64,000 nt of DNA from an uncultured Acidobacteriaceae bacterium (GTDB taxonomy: Bacteria > Acidobacteriota > Terriglobia > Terriglobales > Acidobacteriaceae), in assembly GCA_963771135.1 (NCBI GenBank), contig CAVYSC010000002.1, forward strand, positions 800,685 through 864,684, in the 5' to 3' direction. The stretch's first letter is position 1, and each line of letters opens with the position of its first letter. A program made the position numbers and the translations under genes. The notes under the pieces were generated by a model. That model had not been told where the DNA came from, did no database searches, and saw only the letters and a list, made by a program, of their open reading frames with translations. Shown here piece after piece: positions 44,503 to 55,416 of this stretch.

Positions 44503-47208
44503 TTACTTCTTCAGGTCCGCGGTCCAGTTAGTGACGAGCGTGAGCGGCTCGGTGCTGGCCTGGACCACCGACTGGTTGATGAGGAACTTCTTGCCGTCGG
44601 CGGGGACGGCATAGGGACCGTAGGGTCCGTCGACCATCGGCGATTTGAGAAGCGGATGGGGCGTTCCGAGCTGGACGCCTCCTCCGTTCTCCGACACATC
44701 CACCGCCATGAGCTGATCGCCCTGGACGAAATAGAGCTCCTTGCCATCGCGGCGCCAGGCGGGGTTTGAGCCGCCAGAGACCGAAACCTGCCATTTGCTC
44801 GAGCCGCTGGGAAATGGCTGGAGGTAGACCTCAAACCGGCCGCTCTCGTTGTTGGCGTAGGCCAGCCATTTCCCATCGGGAGAGACAGCGGGGGCTACGT
44901 CGAGAAACTGCGTTTGCACCAGGGGAAAGGGTTTCTTATCGCCGAACATGGGGAGGGCAAAGATGTCCCATTCGGTCTTCGATTTCGGGTCGAGGCGCAT
45001 GAAAACGAGGTAACGGCCATCGGGCGATATGGAGTATGGGGCGACCTCAGCGCTGCTGTCGAGCAGCGTCTCCGCAGGTCCCGTTCCATCCGCATTCTTT
45101 CGAACCAGGGTGGTCGGAGTACCAACCGCCCCGGAAGCATACACGACCGATTTGCCATCGGGCCACCACACCGGATCCAGGCTCTCGCCCGGACCAAACG
45201 TGAGCCGCGTTCTGGTGTTGCGCGTGAGGTCCACAACCCAGATGTCAGCCGTGCCGCCGCTGTTGATACTGAGGGCCAGCCTGGCGCCGTCCGGCGAAAG
45301 GGTGGGGAAGGAAAAGTTTCCGCTCTCCGGAAATATCGAGTTGCCTTGCTTGCCGGAACGGTCATACCAGAAGAGCTGCGAGCCTCCGCCGACGGAGCCG
45401 CCCTGGTAGAGGAGCTCGCCGGTTTGCGACGCGGTGACGACGGGAGCCCAGACGTCGGTGTTCACCGCGACGTGGTCGGCGAGCGGCTGGGCATCGCCTT
45501 CCAGGGCGAGCTTGGCGGGATCGAAGCGCTGGGCCATGAGAGTGTTGTCGCGGACAAAGAGGAGATATCCCGCAGCATACGTCGCGCCCGCATTGGTCTG
45601 GAGGAGCAACGTGCGCTGGTTCGAACCCAGCGCGTTCAGATAGATGCCTGTTTCTTTGGCCTTGGCGGAATGAGCAAAATAGAAGTAGTGCTTGCCGTCA
45701 GGAAGGAACTGCGGCCAGCGCTCGGAGTTCTCCGTCCCCTGCAGCGTGGTGAGCGGGACAGCGGTGCCGCCGCCCGCATCCACGCGCATGAGGGCCGCAT
45801 CGGCGGCAGGGGCGAGAATGATCGTCCCATCCATGCTCCAGGCGCCGCCACGTCCGCTGGACGCAGCGCAGAGCGCCTGCGGCGGGCCCCCATTGGCATC
45901 GATCCTGTTCAGTTCCTGGTTGGCGAAAAACGCCACGAAGCGGCTGTCGGCCGACCAGAACGGGTACGTTGCACCTTCGGTTCCAGCCAGCGGTTGCGCC
46001 ACGGACGAATTGAGCGGCTGCACCCACAGCATCTGATGGCCGTCGGCAGCACTGGCAACGAAGGCGAGACGCTTTCCATCCGGCGAGAGCACGGGCAAGC
46101 CACCGGTGTTGCCGTTGATGGCCAGGCTGGATTTGTCGGGTGGCAGGATGTAGGAGTGGACGGAGGTGGTCGGGGTGCTTTGGGAGGCGAGCCAGAGCCA
46201 GCCGACTGACGCAGCCGCAAGAGCGAGCACGCCGGCCACGGCCCAGGGGAGCCAGATCCATCGGCGAGGCGCGGAGCTTGCGGATGCGGGAGTTGCGGCA
46301 GTTTGCGGGGCCTCGGCGATGGCCTGTAGCTGGAGCTTGAGGTCGTGCGCGGTCTGGACGCGCTCGTCGGGGTCCTTTTCCAGACAGATTTGAATGAGCC
46401 GAGCGAGCGCCAGAGGCGTGGACGGCTGCAATTGGGTAACGGAGGGCGGATCGACGGCGAGGATTTGCCCGACGATGCTGGCCTGGGTTTTGCCCTCGAA
46501 GGCGCGCTTGCCGGTGGCCATCTCGAAGAGCATGACGGCGAAGGCGAAGATGTCGGAGCGGGCGTCGGCTTCCATGCCCTGAATCTGCTCGGGAGACATG
46601 TACTGCACGGTGCCGATGACGGAGCCCGCCATGGAGACCGGCGAAGCCGGCGAGGGCGCGGGGCTGGTTTGGGTGAGCGCGGCGAAGACGGAGACGGACT
46701 TGCCGGAGCCGGTGCCGGCGGCCATGGCTGTGGGCGATGGCTTGGCGAGGCCGAAATCCAGCAGCTTGGCGCCGGCTTTGGTGAGCATGACGTTGCCGGG
46801 CTTGAGATCGCGATGGACGACGCCGGCGCGGTGCGCTTTTTCGAGCGCGTCGGCCAGCTCGATGGCGATGCGCAGGAGCTCCGGCGTGGGCAGCGGGCCT
46901 TTCTTCAGTCGATCGGCGAGGGATTCGCCCTCGAGGAATTCCATGACGAGGAAGTCAGTGCCGTTCTCGCTGCCGACGTCGTGCAGGACGCAGATGTTCG
47001 GGTGCTGGAGCTGAGAGATGACGCGGGCCTCGCGCTCGAAGCGGGCCTTCAGATCCGGCGAGGCGATGAGCGATGAGTTGAGGATCTTGATGGCGACGGT
47101 GCGGTCAAGGCGGGTGTCGCGGGCGCGATAGACCTCGCCCATGCCACCGGCGCCGAGGGGCGCGACGATTTCATACGGCCCGAGCCGGCTTGCTGCAGCG
47201 AGCGTCAT
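44503..47208 (-). CDS. Ser/Thr protein kinase fused to TolB-like beta-propeller repeats
   Basis: GAGGMGEVYRA, HRDLKPGNVML, DFGLA, SPEQ. One TM segment. The C-terminal 550 aa carry repeated SPDGK/WSPDG propeller motifs. Confidence 0.9.
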   Translation of the reverse strand: MTLAAASRLGPYEIVAPLGAGGMGEVYRARDTRLDRTVAIKILNSSLIASPDLKARFEREARVISQLQHPNICVLHDVGSENGTDFLVMEFLEGESLADRLKKGPLPTPELLRIAIELADALEKAHRAGVVHRDLKPGNVMLTKAGAKLLDFGLAKPSPTAMAAGTGSGKSVSVFAALTQTSPAPSPASPVSMAGSVIGTVQYMSPEQIQGMEADARSDIFAFAVMLFEMATGKRAFEGKTQASIVGQILAVDPPSVTQLQPSTPLALARLIQICLEKDPDERVQTAHDLKLQLQAIAEAPQTAATPASASSAPRRWIWLPWAVAGVLALAAASVGWLWLASQSTPTTSVHSYILPPDKSSLAINGNTGGLPVLSPDGKRLAFVASAADGHQMLWVQPLNSSVAQPLAGTEGATYPFWSADSRFVAFFANQELNRIDANGGPPQALCAASSGRGGAWSMDGTIILAPAADAALMRVDAGGGTAVPLTTLQGTENSERWPQFLPDGKHYFYFAHSAKAKETGIYLNALGSNQRTLLLQTNAGATYAAGYLLFVRDNTLMAQRFDPAKLALEGDAQPLADHVAVNTDVWAPVVTASQTGELLYQGGSVGGGSQLFWYDRSGKQGNSIFPESGNFSFPTLSPDGARLALSINSGGTADIWVVDLTRNTRTRLTFGPGESLDPVWWPDGKSVVYASGAVGTPTTLVRKNADGTGPAETLLDSSAEVAPYSISPDGRYLVFMRLDPKSKTEWDIFALPMFGDKKPFPLVQTQFLDVAPAVSPDGKWLAYANNESGRFEVYLQPFPSGSSKWQVSVSGGSNPAWRRDGKELYFVQGDQLMAVDVSENGGGVQLGTPHPLLKSPMVDGPYGPYAVPADGKKFLINQSVVQASTEPLTLVTNWTADLKK

Positions 47209-47283
47209 TCCATCCTCTGGGGAGAGTGGAGGAAGTGTATCGCAACCCGATGGAGCGGCGCGAGAACTTCCTTGTTGGTCCAG

Positions 47284-47332
47284 GACTGCTGCCGGCGGTA
47301 GTCAGTCATCGATGGCCAGCAGTCAGCGATCT
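47284..47332. repeat. degenerate heptanucleotide array
   Basis: gactgct gccggcg gtagtca gtcatcg atggcca gcagtca gcgatct. Confidence 0.4.
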
Positions 47333-47354
47333 GAATTGCGGACCGCATCCCGCA

Positions 47355-49163
47355 TTACTGCGGCGAGTGCCCGCGCGGATACCAGGTGATGCGCACTTCG
47401 GCGGTGGTGTCGTTGTGCAGGGTATTGGTGTAGACGGGGTAGGTGAGGATGGGAGCCTTCCAGCCCTCGTACTGTACGAGGCCGCGGATCTCGAGGTCGT
47501 GGCCGATCCACTCGCGCACCGAACCGGCGAAGTCGTTTTGGGTGGTGCCGCCGGGGAAGAACTTGATGGACGCCTTGGCGCGGCGGTACATGAACTGCAC
47601 GTCGCTTCTTCCGGAGAGGTGATAGGTGAGCCAGCCCTGGCCGCCTTTGGCCTGGCGGCCGATCCAGTCGCCGAGGAGGAATCCGTTGTTGGTGGGGCCC
47701 TGTTTCTGGATGCCCTCGAAGTAATAGAAGGCGCCGCGGACATCGCGGGAGCCCACCGGTCCCGCGTCGGTGCTGGCGCCTTCTACGCGCAGGCTGAGCT
47801 GCTGCAGGCCGGGGAACCTTGCCAGATAAATGCCGGGATGCACGGCGGCGCGGCGCGGAGCATCGATAGGGCTGACGTCATCGTGAACCAGGGAGTCGGT
47901 GTATAAGGTGACCCAGTCGCGCAGGAAGGGGAGGCGGTAGTCAAAATCGAAGGTGCCGAAGCGCGCGCCGGGATCGTTTCTTGAATTCTTCACCGCGTAC
48001 GATACGTTCTGGAAACTGAAAAAGCTCTTGAGGAAAGTGTGCAGGGTGATGGGCTCGTGGCCCAGGCCGCCCCAGATGACCATGCGGCTGAAGCCGAATT
48101 CGAGATTGCGGGTGGGCTTGAAGCTGATTTTCTCAACGTGAACCCAGGGACCTTCCGGATCAGTGTGGCCCTTGAGGCTGCCGACGGCGAAGTCGTAACG
48201 GAAGGGGCCGGTGAGGCGGGAGACCAGAGGGATGCGGAGGGGCTCGACGCGATCGATCTGAAACTGATAGACGCCCTCGGCGTTGTCGCTCCACAACATG
48301 CTGGCGCCGCGATCCGGACCCATCCAGTGGTCGCTCTTGCCGAAGGAAATCTCGTGGTTGAGGGCGTGAAAGGAGAGCGTGGCCTCCATGATGCGCGCAT
48401 TGTTTGCGCCGTAGAGGGGGCCTTCCGGGAGGGTGGGCTGCAGCGCGTTGGTGGTGATGGGGATGGTGTCGATATCGTCCGAGAGGTATTGCGCCAATGC
48501 CGGCGAATAGCCTGCTGCGGGAGCGCCGCGTTGGTACTCGCCTCGGTAATAGAGTGAGAAACGGCCCGCTTCAGCGCGGAAACTGAAGCCGGTGTAATCG
48601 TTGAAGCCGCCCTGGTAGGGCCGGCCGTAATCGTCGACGATTGACTGGCCCAGATGAAAGCTGTCGCGCAGGACCGTGCCGTTGATGCCGCGAAAATCCT
48701 GATAGACGCTGTCGAGCTGCGCGCCGGGATGAACGAGCGTGGTGGCGTTATCGATGTCGGGCTGGACTTCCTGGAGCACCGCCAGGTAGATCTGCTTTGC
48801 CTGGTCGTCGTCGCTGTTGTCGATGGCATCGGCGCTCTCCTGGAGCATGTGGGCGATGCTGAGACGGGTCCAGGGACGGAGGCCGAGGAAAGCGGTGTCG
48901 AGAAAGCCGAGGGAGTGCAGACGGTCCAGCTCCGGATAAATCCAACTGTCCATGGGCACGTAGGTCGAGCCTTCCGCGCTGGTGATGATGACCGGGGGAG
49001 CCGGTTGGCCGGCGAAGGGATTCGGCTGCGTTGCCTGGGCCTGGAGAGAAGGAGCGAGCACGCCAGCAAGGAGCGCTGCGGACAGGAAAAAGGAGGATCT
49101 CAAGGGCACCTCGGCGGGTTCCAGCATTCGTGCGGCGCGGATCGGCGGAGCCTGCCTGTCCAT
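47355..49163 (-). CDS. wzi: capsule assembly Wzi-family outer-membrane protein
   Basis: YVPMDSWIYPELDRLHSLGFLDTAFLGLRPWTRLSIAHML (Wzi N-terminal helical motif) followed by a beta-barrel-like remainder. An alternative start is ATG 49127. Confidence 0.75.
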   Translation of the reverse strand: MDRQAPPIRAARMLEPAEVPLRSSFFLSAALLAGVLAPSLQAQATQPNPFAGQPAPPVIITSAEGSTYVPMDSWIYPELDRLHSLGFLDTAFLGLRPWTRLSIAHMLQESADAIDNSDDDQAKQIYLAVLQEVQPDIDNATTLVHPGAQLDSVYQDFRGINGTVLRDSFHLGQSIVDDYGRPYQGGFNDYTGFSFRAEAGRFSLYYRGEYQRGAPAAGYSPALAQYLSDDIDTIPITTNALQPTLPEGPLYGANNARIMEATLSFHALNHEISFGKSDHWMGPDRGASMLWSDNAEGVYQFQIDRVEPLRIPLVSRLTGPFRYDFAVGSLKGHTDPEGPWVHVEKISFKPTRNLEFGFSRMVIWGGLGHEPITLHTFLKSFFSFQNVSYAVKNSRNDPGARFGTFDFDYRLPFLRDWVTLYTDSLVHDDVSPIDAPRRAAVHPGIYLARFPGLQQLSLRVEGASTDAGPVGSRDVRGAFYYFEGIQKQGPTNNGFLLGDWIGRQAKGGQGWLTYHLSGRSDVQFMYRRAKASIKFFPGGTTQNDFAGSVREWIGHDLEIRGLVQYEGWKAPILTYPVYTNTLHNDTTAEVRITWYPRGHSPQ

Positions 49164-49229
49164 TGTGCTGCCACAGGTTGTCTGGTGATTTCAGCCTGGA
49201 CGATTGATGGGGGGATGTCAAGGCGGGGA

Positions 49230-49274
49230 GGGGCAGGAGTCAGGAGACAGGAGTCCGTAGTCCGTGATCAGGGG
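49230..49274. repeat. heptanucleotide tandem array (6 units)
   Basis: ggggcag gagtcag gagacag gagtccg tagtccg tgatcag. Confidence 0.7.
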
Positions 49275-49492
49275 AAAAAGAGAATGAGGCAGGAGGCGCA
49301 GATTCGCGAGCAGCGGGGCATGGCGCATTTTAACGCGGGAAAAACAGGTTCGTGCTGCCACAACTGCCATCGCTGGGCAGAAGCGACGGCATCCGCAAGC
49401 AAGGACAGCCGCAGATTCTTCGCTCACCACCCCCGAACGGAACAACGTTCGGGGGCCCGTTCGCTCAGAATGACAAATCCACTCAGTCTGCC

Positions 49493-52164
49493 TTACGCGT
49501 GCGCCGGATCGGCGCGTTCGGTGTCGACGTGCAGGTCTTTGAAGGCAGCCTGGGCTTTCTTCGCGTCGAACTTGCCGTCGCGGACGAGTTTCGAGAGCGT
49601 CGCGGTGACGACGGACTCCGCGTTGACCTCGAAGTGGCGGCGCAGGTGCTCGCGATTGTCGCTGCGGCCGAAGCCGTCGGTGCCGAGCGAGACGAGGCGC
49701 GTGGTGAGCCACGGCGCCAACTGGTCGGGCACGGCCTTCATGTAATCCTCGCGGCGATGATGGGACCTTTGGTTTTCGCGAGCGTGGAGACGATGTACGG
49801 GGTCTTCTCCGGCTTGTCGGGATGCAGGCGGTTCCAGCGCTCGACGCCGAGGGCTTCGCGGCGCAGCTCGTTGTAGCTGGTGACGCTCCAGACATCGGTG
49901 TGCACGCCGTATTTGTCCGCGAGGATGTCGTGCGCGCGAAGGACTTCGTTGAGGATGGGACCACTGCCGAAGAGCTGTGCCACGGCCTTGCCGGCGGGCG
50001 CAGCCTTGAGGCGATAGATGCCGCGCAGAATGCCTTCGCGCGCGCCTTCCGGCATCTCGGGCATGGCGTAGTCCTCGTTGTACATGGTGATGTAGTAGAA
50101 GAGGGCCTCGTCTTCCTGGTACATGCGGCGCAGGCCATCCTGGAGGATCACGGCCATCTCGTAGACGTAAGCGGGATCGTAGCTGACGCAGGTGGGGATG
50201 ACGCTCATGAGCACGTGACTGTGGCCATCCTGGTGCTGGAGGCCTTCGCCGAGCATAGTGGTGCGGCCCGCGGTGCCGGCCATGAGGAAGCCCTTGCCGC
50301 GCGCATCCGCGAAAGCCCACATCATGTCGCCGACGCGCTGGAATCCGAACATGGAGTAGTACATGTAGAAGGGAATCGTGGGCACGCGGTAATTGGCGTA
50401 CGCCGTGCCCGCGGCGGTGAAAGAAGCCATGGAGCCAGCTTCGGTGATGCCTTCCTCGAGGATCTGGCCGTCGCGCTCTTCGCGGTAGTAGAGGAGCATG
50501 TCGACGTCGTGCGGCTTGTACTTCTGGCCTTCGCTGGCGTAGATGCCGACCTGGCGGATGGCGGACTCGAGGCCGAAGGTGCGGCCTTCATCGGGCACGA
50601 TGGGCACGATCGAGCTTGCCGGTCTTCTCGTCCTTCATGAGATGGCGCAGCATGCTGACGAAGCCCATGGTGGTGGAGACGGCGCGGCCGCTGCGAGCCG
50701 CTGGTCCACTCGCCGAAGTCTTGGATCGGGGGCGCCTGGAAGTCGATCTTCGGCACTTCGCGCCTGGGCATGTAGCCGCCGAGCGAGCGGCGGCGCTCCT
50801 GCATGTAGAGCATCTCGGGCGATTCCTGCGGCGGACGATAGAGCTTGCCGGCGCGGGCATCGGCCTCGGGGATGGGCAGGTCGAAACGCTTGGTAAAATC
50901 GACGAGCGCGTCGTCCGCCAGCTTCTTTTCCTGGTGCGAGGCGTTGCGCGCCTGGGTGCTGCCGAGTCCGTAGCCTTTGACGGTTTTGGCGAGGATGACG
51001 GTGGGACCGCCCTTGTGCTCGACGGCGCGCTTGTAGGCGTTGTAGATCTTGCGGGCGTCGTGTCCGCCGCGATGCAGGTGGAAGATTTCGTCGTCGGACA
51101 TGTGCTCGACGAGCTTGAGCAGCTCAGGATACTTGCCGAAGAACTCGCTGCGGATGTAGGCGCCGCCCTTGGCCTTGAAGGCCTGGTATTCGCCGTCGAC
51201 GCACTCTTCCATGCGCTTGAGCAGCAGGCCGGTGTGGTCGCGCTCGAAGAGAGCGTCCCAGTCGGAACCCCAGATGACTTTGATGACGTTCCAGCCCGCG
51301 CCGAGGAAGACGGCTTCCAGCTCGTCGATGATGCGGCCGTTGCCGCGCACCGGACCGTCGAGGCGCTGGAGGTTGCAGTTGACGACGAAGATGAGGTTGT
51401 CGAGCTTCTCGCGGCGAGCGATGGAGAGCGCGCCGAGGGAATCGACTTCGTCGGTTTCGCCGTCGCCGAGGAAGGCCCAGATTTTGCGCGGCGTGGTCTG
51501 GATGAGACCGCGATGCTCGAGGTAGCGCATGAAGCGCGCCTGATAGATCGGCGTTCAGCGGGCCAATGCCCATGGAGACGGTAGGGAAACGCCAGAAATC
51601 GGGCATGAGCCAGGGGTGCGGATACGAGGAGAGGCCGGGCGTTTCGCGCAGCTCGTGGCGGAAGTTGAGGATGCGCTGCTCGTCGAGGCGGCCGAGCAGA
51701 AAGGCGCGCGAGTAAATGCCCGGGCTGGCGTGGCCCTGGAAGTAGATGAGATCGCCGGGCTGATCGCCATAGGCGGCGTGGAAGAAATGGTTGAAGCCGA
51801 CTTCGAGCAGCGTGGCCAGCGAAGAATAGGTGGCGATGTGGCCGCCGATGCCGTGGTCCTTCTTGTTCTGGCCGTGCACCATGGCGAGGGCGTTCCAGCG
51901 GATGAGGCTCTCGATGCGGCGCTCGAGCGCGCGGTCACCGGGATACGGGACTTCTTCATGCTTCGGGATGGTGTTGACGTAGGGCGTGACCAGCTCGCTG
52001 GGCTGCGAAATGCCGGCCTCGCGGGCGCGCTGTTTGAGCGCGGCGAGGATCTCAGCGCCCTGATCAGGGCCCTCGGCGACGACCACGTCGTCAAACGCTT
52101 CGATCCACTCGCGAAGCTCCTGGGAAAAATCAGTCTGGGCGGGAACGGTGACTTTCGTTGTCAT
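49493..52164 (-). CDS. aceE: pyruvate dehydrogenase E1 component (homodimeric AceE type), split by four apparent frameshifts
   Basis: Collinear AceE segments lie in ORFs 51124..52164, 50322..51530, 50588..50860, 49738..50607 and 49493..50320. Junctions are near 51550 (extra C), 50695 (extra C), 50611 (extra G) and 49752 (missing nt). Each junction restores conserved sequence, e.g. PLNAIYQARFMRYLEHRG and EKTGKLIVPIVPDEGRTFG. Confidence 0.9.
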
Positions 52165-52940
52165 AGAACCTCAGTAAAAACGTGTTCGCCATCGTTGGCC
52201 GCGCGGGCCGTCTCGGCGCCGGCTTCGGCGAGAATCTCGCGGCGCCACTCGTGGGCGGGCAGGCCACGCGCTTCCAGCCAGTGTTCGAGATGCGCGACGG
52301 CGTCTTCTGTCTCTGCGGTGCGCGCCGGCCATGGGGCGCAGAGAATGCGCGTGGGGCCGGATCCTTCGCGGGCGCGGACGATGGACTCATGCGCGACGCG
52401 GAAGAGGGCAATCACGTCCTGCGCGTCAACGGGAATGGAGATGAGGGGATTGGTGTCGGGGGCGGACCGGGTGCGGGGCTTGCTGATTGTGGGCGCGGCG
52501 GGCGCGTCCTCCACAAAGAGGACAGGCAGCCTGGCGCCGCCGGCGATGGTTTGCGCTTCGCGCAGGAGATCTTCCGCCGCTCCGCTGGAGACGACGACGG
52601 TGACGCGCTCGTTCTTTTTCAGCCGGTCCGCGGTAGCGCGCGCGAGGGCAGCGATGACGCGCTCGGCGAAGGGCGCGGACGTCTCGGTGAGGTGTATGGC
52701 CGTGGGGATTGGATCGTCCGCCACGAGCGTGTCGCCGGTGCGCAACTCGGAGCTGACGGCGGCCAGCGCGGCCTCGCGGCCCTCGCGCGCGTGCCCATGG
52801 CCGTTGGCTTGCTGCACGCCGAGGCGCAGGCGCAGAGTGAGCTCGTAGAGCTGGCGGAATTTCGCGTCGCTGATGAGGGTGTGGCCGTGCTTGCCGTTCG
52901 CCGCGGCAGACGGAACCCTGCTGCTTGCCTGGATGGCCAT
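52161..52940 (-). CDS. degenerate E1-alpha-like (TPP-dehydrogenase-like) protein, translationally coupled to aceE
   Basis: KFRQLYELTLRLRL, REGREAALAAV, VTVVVSSGAAEDLLREAQTIAGGARLPVLFVEDA and IPVDAQDVIALFRVAHESIVRAREGSGPTRI follow the E1-alpha order, but the GDG TPP motif is absent. Its TGA overlaps the aceE ATG (ATGA at 52161-52164). Confidence 0.4.
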   Translation of the reverse strand: MAIQASSRVPSAAANGKHGHTLISDAKFRQLYELTLRLRLGVQQANGHGHAREGREAALAAVSSELRTGDTLVADDPIPTAIHLTETSAPFAERVIAALARATADRLKKNERVTVVVSSGAAEDLLREAQTIAGGARLPVLFVEDAPAAPTISKPRTRSAPDTNPLISIPVDAQDVIALFRVAHESIVRAREGSGPTRILCAPWPARTAETEDAVAHLEHWLEARGLPAHEWRREILAEAGAETARAANDGEHVFTEVL

Positions 52941-53260
52941 GCTTGCTGAGATGTTCCTCGCGGGGATGCGGATGCGGCCTTTGGTGCGCCGGCACGCCGG
53001 AACCGCGCGTGCGCTGCGCCGTTCCCGCTCTATAAAAATTGTAGCGCAGCGACAGGCGGGAGCGCGCGGGAGGCGGGAGGGCGCTGCTTTTTCGATCGCA
53101 GGTGCGGGATGTCCGAATTCCGGACGCGAGGGGGGGTACGGAGTGGCTCAGATTTCAACAGATTTGTGCATAACCCGGTGGATTACTCGAGGGTCGCTGG
53201 CTGCAAGGCAGGATTGGTGGGCGCTTGAGCGTTCTGCACTCGGAGCGATGCAGTTTTTCA

Positions 53261-53337
53261 GGAGACGGGAGACGGGAGACAGGAGTCGGTAGCCGGTAGC
53301 CGGTAGCCGGTAGCTGGTAGCCGGTGATCAGAAGCCA
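53261..53337. repeat. heptanucleotide tandem array (11 units)
   Basis: ggagacg ggagacg ggagaca ggagtcg gtagccg gtagccg gtagccg gtagctg gtagccg gtgatca gaagcca. Lies just downstream of the argJ stop. Confidence 0.85.
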
Positions 53338-53342
53338 CGCTG

Positions 53343-54585
53343 TCAGGTTGAGTAGTCGGCGTTGATGTGGACGTACTCGGCGGTGAGGTCGGTGGTCCAG
53401 AAGCGGCAGGCGACCGGGGCCTGGTGCGAGCTGGATGGCGATGGAGAATTCGGGCTGCGCGATGATAGGCGTGGGCGGCGGCTTCGTCGAAGTCCGGGCG
53501 CGCGTCCGCCACTGGCGGCAGATGGGCAGAATTGCCGAACCAGATGTCGATGCGCGCGGGATCGATTGACCGCGCCGGAGTAGCCGACGGCTGCGATCAG
53601 GCGTCCCCAGTTGGGATCGCAGCCGGCCCAGGCGGTTTTGACCAGCGGCGAGTGGGCGATGGCCTTGGCGATCTTGAGCGCGTCGGCATCGGTGGCGGCG
53701 CCTTCGATGTGCAATTCGACAACATGGGTGATGCCCTCGCCGTCGGCGACGATCTGACGGGCGAGCGAGGTGCAGACCTGGGTGAGCGCGGCGGCGAAGG
53801 CGGTGTTGCCGACGACGGAGCCGCTCACGTCCGAGCGCCTGAGGCGAGCAGGAGGACGGTGTCGTTGGTGGAGGTGTCGCCGTCGACGGAGATGCGGTTG
53901 AAGCTGACTTCGATGGCGGCGCGGAGGATAGGCGTCGAGGACGGCAGGCTCGATCGCGGCGTCGGTGAGGACGTAAACGAGCATGGTGGCGTGAGGCACG
54001 AGCTGCGGATGAATCATGCCTGAGCCTTTGCCGAGGGCGGCGATGCGGACTTCCTGGCACGGTCCTGGCCGCCGATGTCGATGGCGGGCAAAGGCGGTTT
54101 TCTCGACGCGTGTCGGTGGTGAGGATGGCCTGGGCAACTTGCTGGAAGTGGTCGAACTCCGAGCTGAACGATCGGCGAGCAGCGGGAAGGGCGGCGACGA
54201 GCTTCTCGGCAGGCAGGGGGACGCCGATGATGCCGGTGGAGGAGGGAAAGACTTCGTCCGAGCGGTGCAGCCGAAGGTTGCGGCGGCGGCGCAGCAGGCT
54301 TGCGCGCAGCGGCCAGACCCGCTTCGCCAGCGGCGCAATTGGCGTTGCCGGCGTTGACGGCGGCGACGCGGACAAGGCCGCCGCTGGCGCTGGAGATGGG
54401 CGGTCGATAATGATGGGCGCGGCGTGGATGCGGTTGGCGGTGAAGATGGCGGCGGCGCTGGCAGGGCGATCGGCCACGATGAGGGCGAAATCGGGCTTGC
54501 CGCTGGCCTTGATGCCGGCTTTGGCGGCGGCAAATCGGAAGCCGCGAGGGGGGGCGTCGGGAGGGGTCAGGGATTCGTCGGGCAT
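53343..54585 (-). CDS. argJ: bifunctional ornithine acetyltransferase/N-acetylglutamate synthase ArgJ, with at least 8 apparent frame changes
   Basis: Conserved pieces alternate among all three frames: [20 protein letters not shown] / [13 protein letters not shown] / [28 protein letters not shown] / [25 protein letters not shown] / [31 protein letters not shown] / [36 protein letters not shown] / [11 protein letters not shown] / [13 protein letters not shown] / [21 protein letters not shown]. The span is 1243 nt, not a multiple of 3. Confidence 0.8.
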
Positions 54586-54633
54586 GGGCGATATATCAAT
54601 GTAACAAGTTCGCCGTCTGACATAAATTTTTGC

Positions 54634-55416
54634 GTGGGCGAAGCCGACTTCCTGCTGATGCGGAACGTGAATGTGGCGCGGGGCGACAACGTCGTTCTGC
54701 ACGAAATTTCGCTGCGCCTTGCGACGGGCGAGCATGTGGCGATCCTGGGACCGAATGGGTGCGGGAAATCGACGCTGATCAAAACGATCACCTGCCAGTG
54801 CTATCCGATCGTGACGCCGGAAACCGAGCTGTTGCTGCTGGGGCGGAAGCGATGGGACGTATCGCAGCTTCGCTCGCATCTGGGCGTCGTGTCGGCGGAA
54901 CTGCCGGGCGAGCGCACGCCGGTGACGTCGGGGCTGGACGCGGTGATCGCGGGATTCTTCTCGGCGTCTACTTTGTGGCCGAATCTGCACGTGACGCCGG
55001 AGATGCGGGTGCACGCGCAGGAGGCGCTGCATCTGATGATGGCCGAGCATCTGGCGGGGAAGCTGGTGGGGGAGATGTCGGCGGGGGAGCAGCGGCGGAT
55101 CATGATCGCGCGCGCGCTGGTTCACCAGCCGGAGATGCTGCTGCTGGATGAGCCGTCGAATGCGCTGGATCTGGCGGCGCAGCGCGAACTGCGCGAGGCG
55201 CTGCGAAGGGTAGCGCGGCAGGGCGTGGGCATCGTGATGGTGACGCACCACCTGGCGGACATCATTCCGGAGATCGATCGCGTGATCCTGATGCGGGAGG
55301 GACGGATCTTTGCGGATGGGCCGAAGCGGGAGCTGATTACGGCGGAGACGCTGCGGGCGCTGTTCGGCGTGGAAGTGTCGCTGGTGGAGCATGAGGGATC
55401 GTGGCACTCGTGGTAG
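54634..55416 (+). CDS. ABC transporter ATP-binding protein (ModF/YlmA-like, no adjacent permease)
   Basis: GPNGCGKSTLIK, MSAGEQRRIMIARAL, LLLDEPSNALD, VTHH. Start is GTG 54634 or ATG 54658. Confidence 0.8.
   Translation: MGEADFLLMRNVNVARGDNVVLHEISLRLATGEHVAILGPNGCGKSTLIKTITCQCYPIVTPETELLLLGRKRWDVSQLRSHLGVVSAELPGERTPVTSGLDAVIAGFFSASTLWPNLHVTPEMRVHAQEALHLMMAEHLAGKLVGEMSAGEQRRIMIARALVHQPEMLLLDEPSNALDLAAQRELREALRRVARQGVGIVMVTHHLADIIPEIDRVILMREGRIFADGPKRELITAETLRALFGVEVSLVEHEGSWHSW

Noticed and set aside
53155-55407. 750-aa minus-strand ORF.
   Set aside because: It is a chimera. It contains some genuine ArgJ segments (N-terminus and the [10 protein letters not shown] region) but otherwise runs out of frame through argJ and antisense through the 54634..55416 ABC ATPase gene.
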